NCBI GenBank assembly: GCA_905178155.1
Contig: CAJINV010000021.1
Span: 731,530 to 795,529, forward strand
DNA from: Amoebophrya sp. A120
Lineage: Eukaryota; Protista; Dinoflagellata
Length of the DNA stretch: 64,000 nucleotides
Reading direction: 5' to 3'
Below, in pieces: positions 36,101 to 49,600 of the stretch. Each line of letters begins with the position of its first letter. The stretch's first letter is position 1. Under the pieces are notes generated by a model that saw only the letters and a list, made by a program, of their open reading frames with translations, had not been told where the DNA came from and made no database searches. The translations under genes were made by a program, and so were the position numbers.

Positions 36101-39100
36101 CTTGATCGCGTTGGCCTCGAACATGGGCTGCAGCCCGCGGAAGCACGCGAGGACCAATTGGGAGACGACGGTGTAACCCTGGAGGTGGGCATCCGTGCCC
36201 TCGAGCGCACCGAGGAGGAGAGAAATGTGCTTGGAAATCGAGCGGACCTGAGGAGGAGTTTGGGATCATGTCTCTGTATGGCAAAAATCACAATGTAATG
36301 TTGTCAGATTTTTTTATTTTTTCAATCTAGAAATGGCCGTAAAAAACAGTCGCGCTGCCGCAAAACCCAACTATCTTCTACCTCCGCATCTTCCGTCCAG
36401 GAAGACCCCGTGAAGCTGTCCAGTGCCTGTCTGTTGGCATCTACCCCCGTTACCGCGGCAGCCGCCTTGTTCTTGTCCGCACCGACTTTCCTGACTTTCT
36501 TTGCCTTTTCCTTGCGCTTCATGAAGTGGTCCATGTGTTCCTCCGCATCCCGGTTGGACTCCATCAGCATTTCGGAGGCAAATCGCAAAGCCAGCACCTC
36601 CTCCAAAAAGTCCTGCAGGTTCGCCGCCTTCACGCTGTTCGCGGAAGCCGTCGCGGGCTGCACTTTATCCCTCGCCGGGTCGTTCACCGCGAAGCCGAAC
36701 TTCTCGCCGACGCACCGGTATTCGAGCGTCTCCAACACGTCCCACTTCGGTCGCGACTTGATTCCGCGGTACCGGTTTTCTCGGGTGGTGAACTGATTTA
36801 GCGTCTCAATCCACAACCTGGACAACCAGAACGACACACACGTGAACATGGACTCGTTGCTGCTCATAAGGAGCACCGGCGTCGCTTTCGCAGGCTTCAC
36901 CGTTCTGGCGCCCGCGTAGGCGAACAGGGACTTCCAGATCATCACGACCGACATCAGCGCCTTTCTCCACGGAGAGAGGTTCTTGGTATTCAGCGTAGTG
37001 ACGTCCTGGTTGATCTTGGTGCAAATAATCTTTGCGGCAGCGGCCATGTGCTCCTGCACATCGGCCGGGAGCTCCTGCGGCTTGGGTAATTTCAGGCGGT
37101 GGAACCACGGGGCTGGTCGCTTGTCATCCGCCCGCGAAAGCAGACCGCCTGTTGATTTGGGTGAATTGGAAAATTGAATGCAGTATGTCAGATTGTGTTT
37201 GTCTTTGAATTGAAATCTTTATCTTAGCCTAAGATAAAGATTTCACTCTGTAGTTCCAATTACACGTGCAAATCATACTTACATAAAGTTGGAAGTACCT
37301 AAGAACGCCGAGGCCATGAAATAGGTCGCCCGCAAGTTGTTCTTCTGGTGTGGTTGGACCAGTCGCAGACCGACGGACTTCGGAATCCACGGAATCGACG
37401 TGCGGAACTGCTTGGTTTCCCAGTTGCTGAGAAAGTCCTCGTCGATCAGCTTCGACTCTGCCACCGTCGGGGCCTGCGGCCTTTTCCCCACCCGCAACAC
37501 GTGCTTGATCTGCGACCCGCGACGCTTCAGCGGGTGGATCTTCATGTGACTGGTGCTGGGCGGCATGGTCTTCTCCAAAGAGCGCTTCGCGTTTTCGGTC
37601 AGCGTCATGATCGCGGTCTTCGTGAAGCCCGACGGCATCTGGTCGCTGTCCCCGGTGCCGACCGCGAGCTTGCCCGCCAGCATCTCCTGCTCCCGCATCC
37701 CGCGCTTCCCGCGCGCGATTGCGAACGTGAGCGGCTCGGAGAAGCACAGCCGGACCGGCTGGATCGTGCCCTTCATGTTCTCGCGGTTGTCCTTCTTCTT
37801 CGCGCGCGCGTGCTTCGACTGCCCGTGGACCGCAACCATGCGGCGGTAGTCGATGTTCCTTTCTCGGTGCTTGTGGAGTTGGACTCTGGACTTTGCGACC
37901 AGCGCTGCTTTCCGCGCGAGAAATTCCGACTCCGTCATTCTCCCTGCCTTCTCGCACAGTGCGTGGGACTCCTGCTTGAATTTCGCCGCAAGCCGTCGGC
38001 CTTCCTTGTTGAAGACCACTAAGATCAGCAACCGCCGCACGTTATGCATTGCAAAAGTATCGTACTGGTACTAGTAGTAATCCCAATCGTCCATGACAAA
38101 TCTCGTTGGTTCTTGTTAAGCTTAAGCCACATCCGCATTACAAATTAATGCTGATGAAAAAAGCGCAATTTCTACTAGTACGATACGTTATTTGCTCAGG
38201 ATACACGTTCTTCTGAATCGTGATGGCCGCGTGGTTCATCTTGCGAAACCACTTGCGCATCACCGCCCCGCGCCACAACCGCTGGATCTTCGCGACCGCG
38301 AGGGTAAAGGAATGATTCTTTCGCTTTCGCTGCACCGCGCGCACGTTGTGCTGGACCAATTCGACCGCATTCAGCATGTTGTAGGTCTTCATCGAGGTCT
38401 TCACCCCCCGCCAGTACCTCTGGAGAAGTAAAGCCGGGCCCAACTGCTTCCTCCGCTGCGTCGTCGCCTTGTAGTACCGGTATTTGCTTTGGAGTTGCAC
38501 ACTAGCCCGGTGGTAGTACGTCCTCACCATCAACCCGCGGCACAGCATGTGGAATAACACAACGGCTAAGACGAACGGGCAGTGGTCGTGCTTCGCCTTG
38601 TAAGCCAGGTCGAACAACTTGTCAATCACCGCGATGAACCGGCTCTGCCGGACGTTCCCCTCGCCGCCGTCTTGCTTTTCCTTCTCGGCGTCCTTCTTCC
38701 TGCGGATGTACCGAATAATCCCTTCCTGGTCCCGCATCAGATACGACAGCTGCTGCACGATACGCAGACACGCCGGGCGGTTGAAGAAACTGAGTCTCCC
38801 GCCCTTGTACTCCGGGCCCATCACGACCGAGGCGTGGCGGGACAGCAGCGGGTTCTGCTTCGGGTCCGCGAGTTTCGACGGCTTGCCGTCCTTGTCGGCT
38901 TCCAAACCGGGCAAGGTCGTGATGAATTTCCCAACCTGCGTTGCCAGACTGTACACCGTCCCGTGCGCTTTCGGCCATTCAGACGGGTACCGCAGACCCA
39001 TCTCTTTCGACAAAACGTCCATGATCTGCGACCCGACGGTGGCGTCCACGCCCTGGAACGCGAAGTGATCGTCGGTGGACAAGCTGGACAAATCCAGCGC

Positions 39101-42100
39101 CTGCCTCGTGGTGATCAAAATCTGGGCGGTTAAGTACACATGTCGCAAATGCGGGGGCATGTTATCAAGTGTAAAAATGTCTGGGTCTGGCAGATTCTGA
39201 GACTTGTCATGCACGTTTTGCATGAGCCATGATGTCTGTGATACATGCCGTAGCATCACAGATTTTTCGAGGGGTTCTTGATGCCTATGTCGCATGACAA
39301 ATGCCCTATCCGCGTAGCAAGAATTACATTCCCTTTGCTACTCATGCAATACAATTTTTTTTGGAATCCAAATGCAGCATCACAAGTTGCGACCGTCCAG
39401 ACCCAGACATTTTTACATTTCATACATGTTCGCGAGAAACAAGACGTAGAAGTTTTCCGGCGTGGCCGTCATCATCCGGTCGTGGTGGTGGTTGATGTGG
39501 CAGTAGTCCTGCGACATCGATTCCAACGGCTCACCGGGTCGCGGCGGGACCGGCATGTCCGGCTGCTTCCCCAACGTGATCTCTTCGAAGGGGTAGGCCG
39601 GGCACTTCAAAAACGACGTGGACAAGTGCGCCAGGTTGTAGCAGCACCACTTCACCGTGTTGGAGAACACGTCGTTGTCGATGTGGGACAATAAATGGTG
39701 CACAATCGTGACCAGCATGTGCGTCCCCAGGTCGTTCTCCGACTCGTCTAACGTTAAGTCCTTCGCGCTGCAGCGCTTCGACCGGGTCCCGATCTCCTCG
39801 TTGGCAAGCTTCCCGGTGACCCGGGTCAAGCCTAAAGTTCTCTGCAACGACGCCTTGATCTGCTCCAGCACCTCCTGGATTTCCGGGGGCAAGTGCCGGA
39901 ACCAGGGATGGACGAAATACCGCACGTTGCTTGCCCCGAGCAGGGCGGACACGAGGACGGTCGAGATTCTCTTGTCCGCTTCCGCCTTGTCCCGCTTCTC
40001 GTTGACGAAGTACTCGTAACCCTTGTGCTTGCGGAAGTTCCGCTGGATCATGGTGGCGGCGAGGTCGGACAACTTTTCCTTCATCACCTGCTTGCGGACG
40101 CCGTAGATCTCGTCCAACCGACTGTACAAATGCATCTTCATGGCCAGCTGGGCCTGCCACCGTCGCCAGTGCGACTGGATCTTCGTGGCCATCTTCTGCT
40201 TGTGGTTCATCAGTTTCCGGCCGAGGTACCCGCGCATCCGCGCCTGCGCCAAGGTCGTGTGGTGCACGAGGTTTTTGTGGCGCATGCGGGTCAGGGTGCC
40301 GCGGGACATGGCCTGCAGCCGCGCGGCGGCCTGGTTCATCACCCGGACCGGCTTCTTCCCGTAGAGGTACCTGGGGTGGGGGTTTAGGATTTTGGCATCA
40401 CAGCGCTCTGTGGTCGCATGGTGCGCAAGAGATAGTCATAGTTCGTAGGGAGAGGTATCCTTGAATTTATCAAGTGCATGTAGTTCAAACACAAAACATT
40501 CAAAAAAACATGGTAATTTAATTACATTCTAAACGCCCTCTGCAGCACGTCCGCGGCTTTGTGAAATCTCTTCACATGCACTCTGCAGACGCTCCCCCGG
40601 AACGCGGACTGCAGCTTCGTCGCAGCCAAGTTTCGGTCCTGGATCGAGATGCGCACGATCTTTCCGCGGAACAAGGCCTGGATTTGCGACGCCCGCTTGT
40701 GCATCAGTTCCTTCTCCTGGTGCGCTTTGAACTTGCGGTACCAGCCGCGAAGAATGATCGCGTTCGAACCGTGTTTACCGAAGATTTTCTGGCAATCCCA
40801 CATGCGCTTGTACTTCTGGATCACGATCACCGCGGCGGTTTCCCGGCGGACCTGCGCGCGGGCGAGCGCACCGCGGCAGAACTTCTGGATAGACAAAAGC
40901 GCTTTCTGCTCCTTGGCCTTCTGGATAATGTGCCCCGGGTCGTCGCATACGATTTCTTCCTGATAGAGAATATTTCGTGAAGATGAAAATCAAATCAAGT
41001 TTCATTTTGCTGTTGAGGGTCTGCTGCATGGTCATGAAAAATTATCATTAGTTGCCACTAAGCAGAAACAAGTAGACGAGACATACAAGCAAAAATTATC
41101 TCTCTACTTTTACCTTGAAATTGTAGTAGTATCCTTCACTGGTCGAGCTCAACCGCGGCGGGTTCAACCGCTGCAGGAACCAGTGCTTCGCGGGTGTAAT
41201 CGCTAACGCCTGCTCAAACGTGTCCTTCGTGAAGTACAGCCACTTGTCGCCGCCCTCGTAACCCGTTTTGTCGGACTGGTTGTCCCGGGCAAGAAACCTT
41301 CGCCGGTTCGTGAACCCGACATTCAGCATCGGCACGTAGTCCTTCATGATTTGCACCTCCGAGGCGGTCAAGTACCGGCAGCCCGGGAGCGGCTGCACCC
41401 AGTGCTTGCGGCCGCGCTTCGACTTGTGCAACTTCTGGAAGCACATGATGCAGTAGTAGTCCGTGCACTGCTGGCACCAGACGATGCTGTCCGGAATCCC
41501 GCACTCGCTGCACTTTATCTTCACGAACCCTCGGTAGTCCCACAGAAAGTCGTTCTGGATGCAGTCGGACAGGTGTGAGCGTGCACAACTCCCCCCCCTC
41601 CTCATTTAGATGGCAACACAAGCTCGGGCATAGATGCAGCTTTTGCATGACAAAATGACGACCGATTCTAGTGCGGCTTGGAATTCCGAAATTTGTCATG
41701 CAAGCAGTACGAAGAGGCCACGGATGGATTTAGTATTTCGCACGACAAATGAGAAGGAGGTGGGGGAGTTGTGCACTTTCATAACAAGTGCTCGCGGAAC
41801 TGGTCCACCATGGGGTGGATCGGCTGAATGTGCTCGGTTTCCAAATTGATGTACCACCGAACATCGTTCTTCACAATCAAGTCCCAGTGCGGCGGAAGCG
41901 GGTAGCGGAGCGCAAAGTAACAGTACCTGGAGGATTATTTTGAGATCATGTAAAAATTCTTATTCAATGCTAGTGGCAGAAAAAGAAAAGAACTTGTGAT
42001 CCAGCAGCGCTCTCTCGTTTAATTTTCAGGTTGCTTCACTAAATTAGGATTAGCTCATAAAACCGTCCTGCATAAACTTGTTACCCCCGATGCTGTCATG

Positions 42101-45100
42101 CACATGGAAAATAAAGGAAAAAAAAAAATTTTTTTTGCATCCATACCAATAGAAGTGGTAGTTTCCGAGAATCCCCAACTGCGTGGCAAGATCCTTGATT
42201 TGTTTCGGCGACACCGGCAACGAGGAGCTCGTTTTGTCCGGGCTGCCGCGAGATCGCAGCATCAACCGCATGGCGTTTGTGCCTTTCAACTTGTAGCTGC
42301 GCATCACCACGTCCAACACATCCGGACCAATGGTGCGCTGCTTCACGAATTTCAAATCGTTCACCTTCAGGTACACGTCTTCCTCATCTCCAAGACCGGC
42401 TTCCAACATTTGCTGCGTCGTAAGCTGCTGCCCTTTTGTCGGTTGCTTCACCTGATAGTACATGACTTTTATTTTTTGACAAAAAAAAAACTCCATCGCG
42501 CCGCTGGACAAACCGACTTTTGATGCAAGACTTTCATCAAAAAAATACAACTTTGCGTGAATGCTGCGAAAGGTGGACGACACGTCGTCCCTACCATGCT
42601 GTTTTAGTATAATTTGTTAGGAAAAAAAAAATTGAAATTCAATCCGCTGACTCGAAAATAAAAATAAATCATTCTACTTTTTTGCTTCCTCTTTTCGCAG
42701 CAGCTTCTTCTGCGGCGGCGCGCTCTTCCGGCAGCATGCCATCTGGTAGATCAACTTCCGGCGTTGGTTCGGTGGCATTGGAAACTCTATCCTCTTCCTC
42801 CTCCGTCGCCTCATCAGCGGCACCTGGTTCTCCAAGAATAGCGTCGATGTCCTCGATTTGTTGCACTTCCGCGGTAATCTCACCCGCTTCCATCACCCAC
42901 TCCGGCATTTTACCTGACAGATTATTTCGTTTGAAATTTCCTTGTCGCGTTGCCACGTATGGAGATTCAATTCTGGTACTCCTCCGATGATCGTCCTCCG
43001 ATGTTGTTGATTTCAAAAAATTCAAAAACAGCCTATAAAAATTACAACGATTGATTACCGATGAAAACAAATATGAGCCAACGTTTTCATATTTCCTACC
43101 GAGAGCCAAGGCCTGGAAGGCGTGCGACGGAAGTTTTCTCTGGCGCACCTTGTATGAGAAAATCGCTTCCTCCATCTCCTGGTCGTTGTCCAGTGCGCGT
43201 TGGGCGTACCAACCATGCAGAGGATCCGTCGCCTCACCACCGGAAACCTTGTTTAGGGAAGTAGTCGATTGAATTTGTGATGCGCAGCATGCAAATTGTA
43301 TGTAAAACCAATTGTTGCACTACCGCACAAAAATCCCTTCCCCGTCTAGTACCTGTTGCAGCGCATCCGGGAAACCCCAGGCGTCGGGGTGAAACATCAT
43401 GAGATCGACGAAGTCCATGCGCATGTAGAACAAGTGCTGCTTCCTCCTCTGCAGTTCGAACCACAACACGCCCTTCACGTCCCGGATGTGCTGCTTCATG
43501 AACTGCTCCCTCGCCTCGTAGTCGTACATGTACAAGTTCGACAAAATACTCGCGTCCGCGCCCATCTTCACCGTTTCGTTCACCATGTCGTTCAGACCCG
43601 GGCGGAACATCTGCGTCCACCGCGCGCCCGCGGTCCGGGCCTTCTCCAAGGCGATACGCATGTGCGGCGGTTCGATACCCGCGGCAATGCGGCACGTCGT
43701 CGCCCGCACCCGCAAGTCCGCTTCGTAGGGGACCGGGCGGTTAATCTGGTGATAGGATTTTAACATGAAAGTCAAAGACAAAGTTCGTTGATGGTGCTTT
43801 TTATTCCGATTTGTGTTTTTAAAAAAATACGTTCTCACCTCCAGATCAGCATTCTATACAACTGATACTGAAACTGAACAACGTCACGTGTTGATCTCCA
43901 TACATGAATTAAAACATGCGTACTTTTTCATACCTGTGGATGAAAATCCTGCAGCCCCTTTTTCTTAATCAGTTCGTCCAACGGCGTGACCCGACGCAAA
44001 TACGTTTGCTGCATGTCCACGTCCATGTGTTTGCGGACGAAATCCCGGGGCGGCCGGATGCTCGTGTAGGTTGCCGGGGTAGAGGCGCGGGTGTCGCTTA
44101 TCCTCCCACCGTCTTCCAACAACCGTCGTTGGGTGGCATCCTGGTCCGCCTTCGCGGTGTTCAAAACGGCGCCCTCAGCGATGGCCGCCAGAGAACCGGC
44201 GAGACCTGAGAGTTGTAGGAAAAACGAGCTAATCATCTTCATCGCAAGAACCACCATCATGCACAGACGCGACTCGTCGATAGAGATAGTGGTAGCGCAT
44301 CAAGAACATCACAACTACTCATCATTGCAAAAGAACAAAAATTTGTTCCGATGCTTTCCTCGGTTTCGCTCCCGCAACAAGCGGCAAATAAAAAAAAATC
44401 ATACCTCCGATCTCGGGTCTTATTGGATCCAGCGAGGCCTCCTGGTTGTCGTCAAATTTTGGCATGTCCTTCAAAAGTTTGACTTTCTGGTCCGACAACG
44501 TCGTTGAAATGGGCGGCTGTGTGCTCAACGCGGGATGCTTCTTAATCGCATCCTTAGTCTCCTCTGTTTGATTGTTATATTTAGAAGTAGCAAGAGTATC
44601 GACTGGTTTGAGAAACCGATGTCAGCAAGCATGGTAGGCTGCGAGATGCACAAGGACAAGAAACATTTCATGATAATGAAACTCGACAGGAAAACCGAGA
44701 TTGGCGCGAGTTGTAGAAGAAGTTAGTTCTTTCATTTACCTGGTGGTTCCTCATCCGTGTCCTCTTCGTCGTCTTCGACCTCGCCCTTCTCGCGGCGCAT
44801 AAACTCGGTGAAGTTGTCCACCGGCTGCGAGGGCGCCGGGAGTCGTTCCGGCTCCGGCTTCAACACACCACTGTCGTCACTGGCACCATCGTCGCTGCCA
44901 TCCGCGTACTCCTTCATCAACTCGTAGTACTCGTGCAACGTAACCGTGTAGTTTTTCGGAAAATACCTCAAAAGAAAAATGTTTATGTTGCGACACGGAA
45001 ACAAGCATGACTATGATACATCGAGGAAATGAAAAAACAAAAAGTTGAAAAAAATCCTCCTATACCCCTTTTGCGTGGGGTCCGAGACCAGCATTCCGAG

Positions 45101-45244
45101 GAGCCAGTCGGAGCCGTCATCGTACATAACCTTAATGGTCTGACCGGTGACGAGCGGCAGCGGCTTCTGCCGCTTGAAGGGCCAGTCGATCTTCGTGGGA
45201 TCGAAGTTGTACAGCGCCACGAGCTGCTTCTTGTCGTCGCTCAT
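33167..45244 (-). CDS. Very large multidomain protein: SH3, CEP164-like WW, B-box, many IQ motifs, C-terminal TPR-like helices; about a dozen GT-AG introns plus 6 introners
   Basis: SH3 VALYNFD..DWLLG..KGYFPKNY; WW-like PLPPHW..WYIN..HP; B-box CSEC..CQQCTDYYCIMCFQKLH..RKH; IQ motifs IQKFCRGALAR, IQALFRGKIVR, LQSAFRG and IQRLWRG. Junction phases checked by hand are consistent, except the unresolved junction at 35582-35737. Confidence 0.8.
34197..34420. mobile_element. Introner, family B (224 bp), TSD CTCGT/GTCGC
   Basis: TIRs tatcccacgaaaaaaccgtttcactgtga / tcacagtggaacagttttttcttgcgata. Inverted homologue of 59408-59616; frame restored. Confidence 0.9.
34497..34765. mobile_element. Introner, family A (269 bp), TSD CCGTT
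   Basis: TIRs tatcaaatgcaaatgtgtggtctgggtctggaa / ttccagacccagacttatttgcaatgcata. Perfect TSD. Confidence 0.93.
35582..35737. mobile_element. Introner, family C, with one decayed end and no recognisable TSD
   Basis: Left TIR tatgcattgcaaaagcatcgt is intact; the right end (actagtacgacacttttgatgtcaact) is decayed. Lies between two coding exons. Confidence 0.7.
38043..38203. mobile_element. Introner, family C (161 bp), TSD CACGT
   Basis: TIRs tatgcattgcaaaagtatcgtact / agtacgatacgttatttgctcaggata. Joins IQKNV to RRLL. Confidence 0.92.
39163..39424. mobile_element. Introner, family A (262 bp), TSD CATGT
   Basis: TIRs tatcaagtgtaaaaatgtctgggtctgg / ccagacccagacatttttacatttcata. Joins LANM to PPHLRH. 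Confidence 0.93.
41574..41783. mobile_element. Introner, singleton family (210 bp), TSD ACAGG/ACAAG
   Basis: TIRs tgtgagcgtgcacaactcccccccctcctcattt / aaatgagaaggaggtgggggagttgtgcactttcata. Joins FREHL to SDCIQ. Confidence 0.85.
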
Positions 45245-46695
45245 GGTGGGCAGTGGGGTATTGTGATCACAAGCAACTAGAAGAAGAAGTGGAGACTGTC
45301 GTAGTACAACCCTCCTGCCGCGGCGGGATGCTCGGGGAGACGACTATAATCGTGTTGTCTCTTTAAGTTGTGGAACTTCAGCTCAAGGATACTGTCCGAG
45401 CTGGTTCTACGAATGCAGCCACCGCAAAGGGAGCTGCTGAAGAGGGTGCCATAATTCTTTCTTTTGTTCGAGCTAGAAGTTTAGTTCTCATGCGGAGACC
45501 ACATTACTTATTCACAGCATTTATTGTAGAGCACCGGACACCTATTTCTTCTATTCTTCTGCGCGTTTTTTATTTCGGTTCATGTTTAATATTTCGTGCT
45601 TCCAAGAATTTTTCCAGACGTCGACAGTGGGCAAAAACAAACCACGATGGTAGTGCATCAGGTGTACGAACTAGACGTGCAACGAGGGTGGTGGATGTGC
45701 GGGGAGAAGTAATGAATTAATACTATGGGGTCTACTAGCTGCAGGCAATACAAATACTAGCTGCAATCACAAATATTTTCCTGTGTCCATTTTTTCTAGT
45801 GGAAGACTTCTGCCCATATTTCTCGACGACGAGATCCTCCTGACGTGGTTCGCTTTCATTCCCAATCGCACCCCCACTGCTGGTAAACGATCACATAGCA
45901 CTTTATCCCACAAATAACGTCTGACGAAGCGAGCTCTTTTTCCAAACAAATGAAGATAAACGAGTAGCTGCAGTTGGACTTTCAATCTTGAGGCGGCGAA
46001 GATTCCGGAAACTAAACTAAAGTAAACTTATTTTCATCACGACGACCATAATACACGAAATTCTGTTCGAGTCACTGCGCGCACAGCTCAACTACATTCC
46101 ATTCGTAGTCATACGTTCAACTCTCTCCCTCAAACTCGATTTATCATTACGTCAAATTCTTGAAATTCTCTCTTTGCTGCTCTCTCTTGCTGCCTGCTCT
46201 ATCGTAGCCTTTCACTCTGTCACTCACGAGGACTATCACTCGCCCCTTTTCCAAACAGCGTGCCTACAGGTACATCTAGAATCGTGCCTCTAGTACTTCT
46301 AAAATTGCTTCGGTTCATGCTGATGAATAGGTTCAAGGAGGACAAGAACAATCTATTTCGGGACGCACATATTAGAGTCGTCTGCGATAGATCGCCGTGA
46401 TACCGGCTTGTTTTTTTTTCTAGAGGAAGATCTTCGACATGATCATGATCTATTTGAATTTCTGGTGGCGCGGTGGAAAACTGAAACTATGATATCTTTT
46501 TTGCACCACTATTGCTGGTTTTTACGGGTAGAAAGTGTTGGAAAAACTCAAATGCAAATTTGTGTCTGTGTGGTTCAAAAGACAAATTTTAATTTTGATT
46601 GATACTGTAGTTTTTTAGTTGCAGTAGATAGTACAAATGACGACACTTCCTCTACCAATAAACTAGAACTACTCTATAGGCCTATTTTTTCTTTC

Positions 46696-49600
46696 TCAAA
46701 GCTCCTCGGCGTCTTCCCTAATATTATGGTGGCCTTTGTCTTTGTCCTTTTTGCCTTTCTCTTTCTTCTTTGCCAAGAATTGGCGCTGGCCCTTTAGTAG
46801 TCGTGCGAGGAGAACGCTCATCTGGTGCGTCTTCGGGTCGACCTTTTCGTAGAAGTCGTTCTGCCCCGCGTTCATGGAAACTTTGAAGAAGTGCGCCTTT
46901 TGCACCGCCAGCTGCTCCATTAGATCCGCGAGCGTCGGCGTGCGTTCGCCATCCAGCCCCTTGGCCGCAATTGCTCGGTCTTTATCCGACAACTTCTCCG
47001 AACCGGGAATTTCCAGTGAGCCTAGTTTTTCCGCAAGTTTCCTCGCCCGCTGCTTCTCAAACCCCGTGTCCACGAGCGCATTTTCCGCTTCCGTGATCAT
47101 CTGTGGGGGTGTTTCGATGATGATCTTGTCTTTTTTCTCCTTTTTCTCCTTCTTTTCCTTCTTCTTTTTCCGGTCCTTGTGCCCCGGGCCCATGTTCTCG
47201 TAGTCCTCTTCGGAGCCCATAATTTTATTCTTATCGTCTTCTGTGTCACTGTCGGTCGTGCGCGTGGTATTACTGGGGCTCGGCGGTCGCGGCCCAGGTA
47301 CGGCAGGTACGGGTGGTGTGCTTTGCTTGCTTGTTTTTTTCCTGGCGCTGTCGGTTATTTGCTTATTTTCTTTGTCCGACTTCTCCTTATCGCTGGGGCC
47401 CTCTGGTGTCTCTTCTCCTTGGCCTGGCGCTGGCGCTGGGGCTGGCACAGCAGGAACTACGCCAGGAACGGGTGGGTCTTGTTTCTTCTTTACTTTTTTC
47501 TTGGGTTTTGTCTTCGCGTCTGGGTGGTGCCCCAGTGGATTCAAAAGCATGTTGTTCGCTCCCAAGTCGGTCAGGGGAACCACCTTGGGCGCGCTACCCG
47601 TTTTATTTTCGGGAAGAAGTGGGTGTGGTTTGGGCTTCAGCGTCGCTAACGCGACGGCCGGCAGAATCGGAGGAAGATGTTTCTTCGAAGCGCTGTTATA
47701 TGATGTTACCTCTCCATCCCCAGCATTTGTGTCCGAAGCGAACCGGCGCTCGAGGTGGAGGGTTTGGTTCACCGCGGGTGAGAAATCTTTCGATTCGATT
47801 TCGCTATGCACGGAAAACAGCGTCTGTTCGGTATCGCGGCTGCGCCCGCCGGAGGTCATCATTTTTTCCGCAGCGGAAGCGTGTATATGTACTACTTGCT
47901 GTTGTTCCTGTTGCTCGATGCTGCGATCTTGCGTTGCTGCTCCAGCAGGAGCTGGCACTTCCACCACTTGCACGACCCCTTCTTCCGTCTTTTTCATGAG
48001 TGCTTCCGCCTGCTCAAGTTTCAGTTTATTCACCTGGTCTACCTCCGCATTCTCCACCTGCTGCTGCGCACCACCAACAGCTCCCCCCGGCGGCGGGTCG
48101 ACACCTCTGCTTGACCTGTTGGCCCCCGGCTGCATAGTTTTATTTCCCGTCCGATTAATTCCTCTTGCTGACCCCTCCATCGACAACGCGGGAGCACCTT
48201 TGTTGGGCAGCCCCACGAGGGTCCCGGGTAACCAAGACGCTTGGTAAGTCTGCGTTGCGTCGGATGGCGGGCCACAGCAGCATGGGCAGCACGTACTGGA
48301 AGATGAACTCGACGCGATTTGCTCGCCTTGTGCTCCTTTTGTCGTCGTGCCCGGCGCACCATCCACCGTTCCTGCCTCCTCCCCGTCCTCCTCTGCTATG
48401 GTTCCGAGCTGTATACGCACGTCCTTTTGCCGCTTCGGGGGCATGTGCGGCAAAAACGCTTCCAGCACCGAGGCGCGCTCGACCTCGCCGAACAATTCCG
48501 GCACCTTGCTCAAGGGGCTCAAGTCGATCGAAATCCGCGACCCCCGTCCGCCGTCGGCACTCGGTCCCCTTGTGGGGTCGTAGTAGATGCGGTCTGCGGT
48601 GCCACGCTTCTTCGTGACCATGAACCGACCCCAGACATCGTCCGCGGGCCCCGCCTCCGCCTGCATCCGTCGCAAAAGTAGGACATCCGGCTCGCTCAAC
48701 CCGAGTGTCTCTATGTCCCCCTCGTCGAAGCGCAGGAGCAGCGCGGCCGGGGGCGTTTGTTCACCGGCGGGGACAACAGCCTGTTGACCTCCTGCTCCCC
48801 CCGCGAAGGGAGTAGACAAAGCCGCCGCAGCCGCTGCAGTTGTTGACGAGTTCTTTTTTGCACCATCCTGCGTAGCCCTTGTAGTCGCACCTCCTCCCGT
48901 AGAGGTTTTATCCACTTGTCCCAGCACGAGGCGGCGAACCAACGCTTGCGCGATGTCGCCGGAAATTCCCAGCGTCTCCCAGGTGATTACCGTGCCCGCC
49001 ACGAACGCGGCTTGCACTTCCGGGATCATCTCGGCCGGGCTCTTGGGCGCCGCGCCGAGCAGTAGCTCGGCGTCGTGGTGGATTCGCTTTGCGAGCCGCT
49101 TGCCCGAGTCCTCATCGAACCCGTCTTTGATCAATATCTGCTCTGTTAGGTCGAGCTCAGGACTCTGCAACGGAGATGATGCTTGCAGTTGGTCCCCCGC
49201 GGGAGCAGCCTTGCTCGTACTGGCCGCACCGGAAGTGGCCGCTCGCGCCCCTGTCCCCTGCCCCCGTTCCGACGTCTTTTTAGTTGAGGACTTTTTCGAC
49301 AGTCGGGCCTTCTCCAGCAGCTTCTTCGCGAGCTTCCCCGCGCCGGGCGGGGAGAAGCCTTGCGTGACCAGTGCTTTCTCCGTTTCGGCCAAAGCGATTG
49401 ATTTCTCCGCGGTTTCGAGCTGTTGCTCCAGTAGATCCTGCTTGCCGTACTTTTTCTGCACTAAATTCCGCATAAAAATCCGCAATCTCCCCACGTGCTC
49501 CGGCTCATTGTCTACGCTGAAGTCGAAGCCAAGTAGAGACATGGCCTTCTGATCCGATTCCGTGATAGGTTTCTCTAAGTCCGCGGTATCGGATATCTCC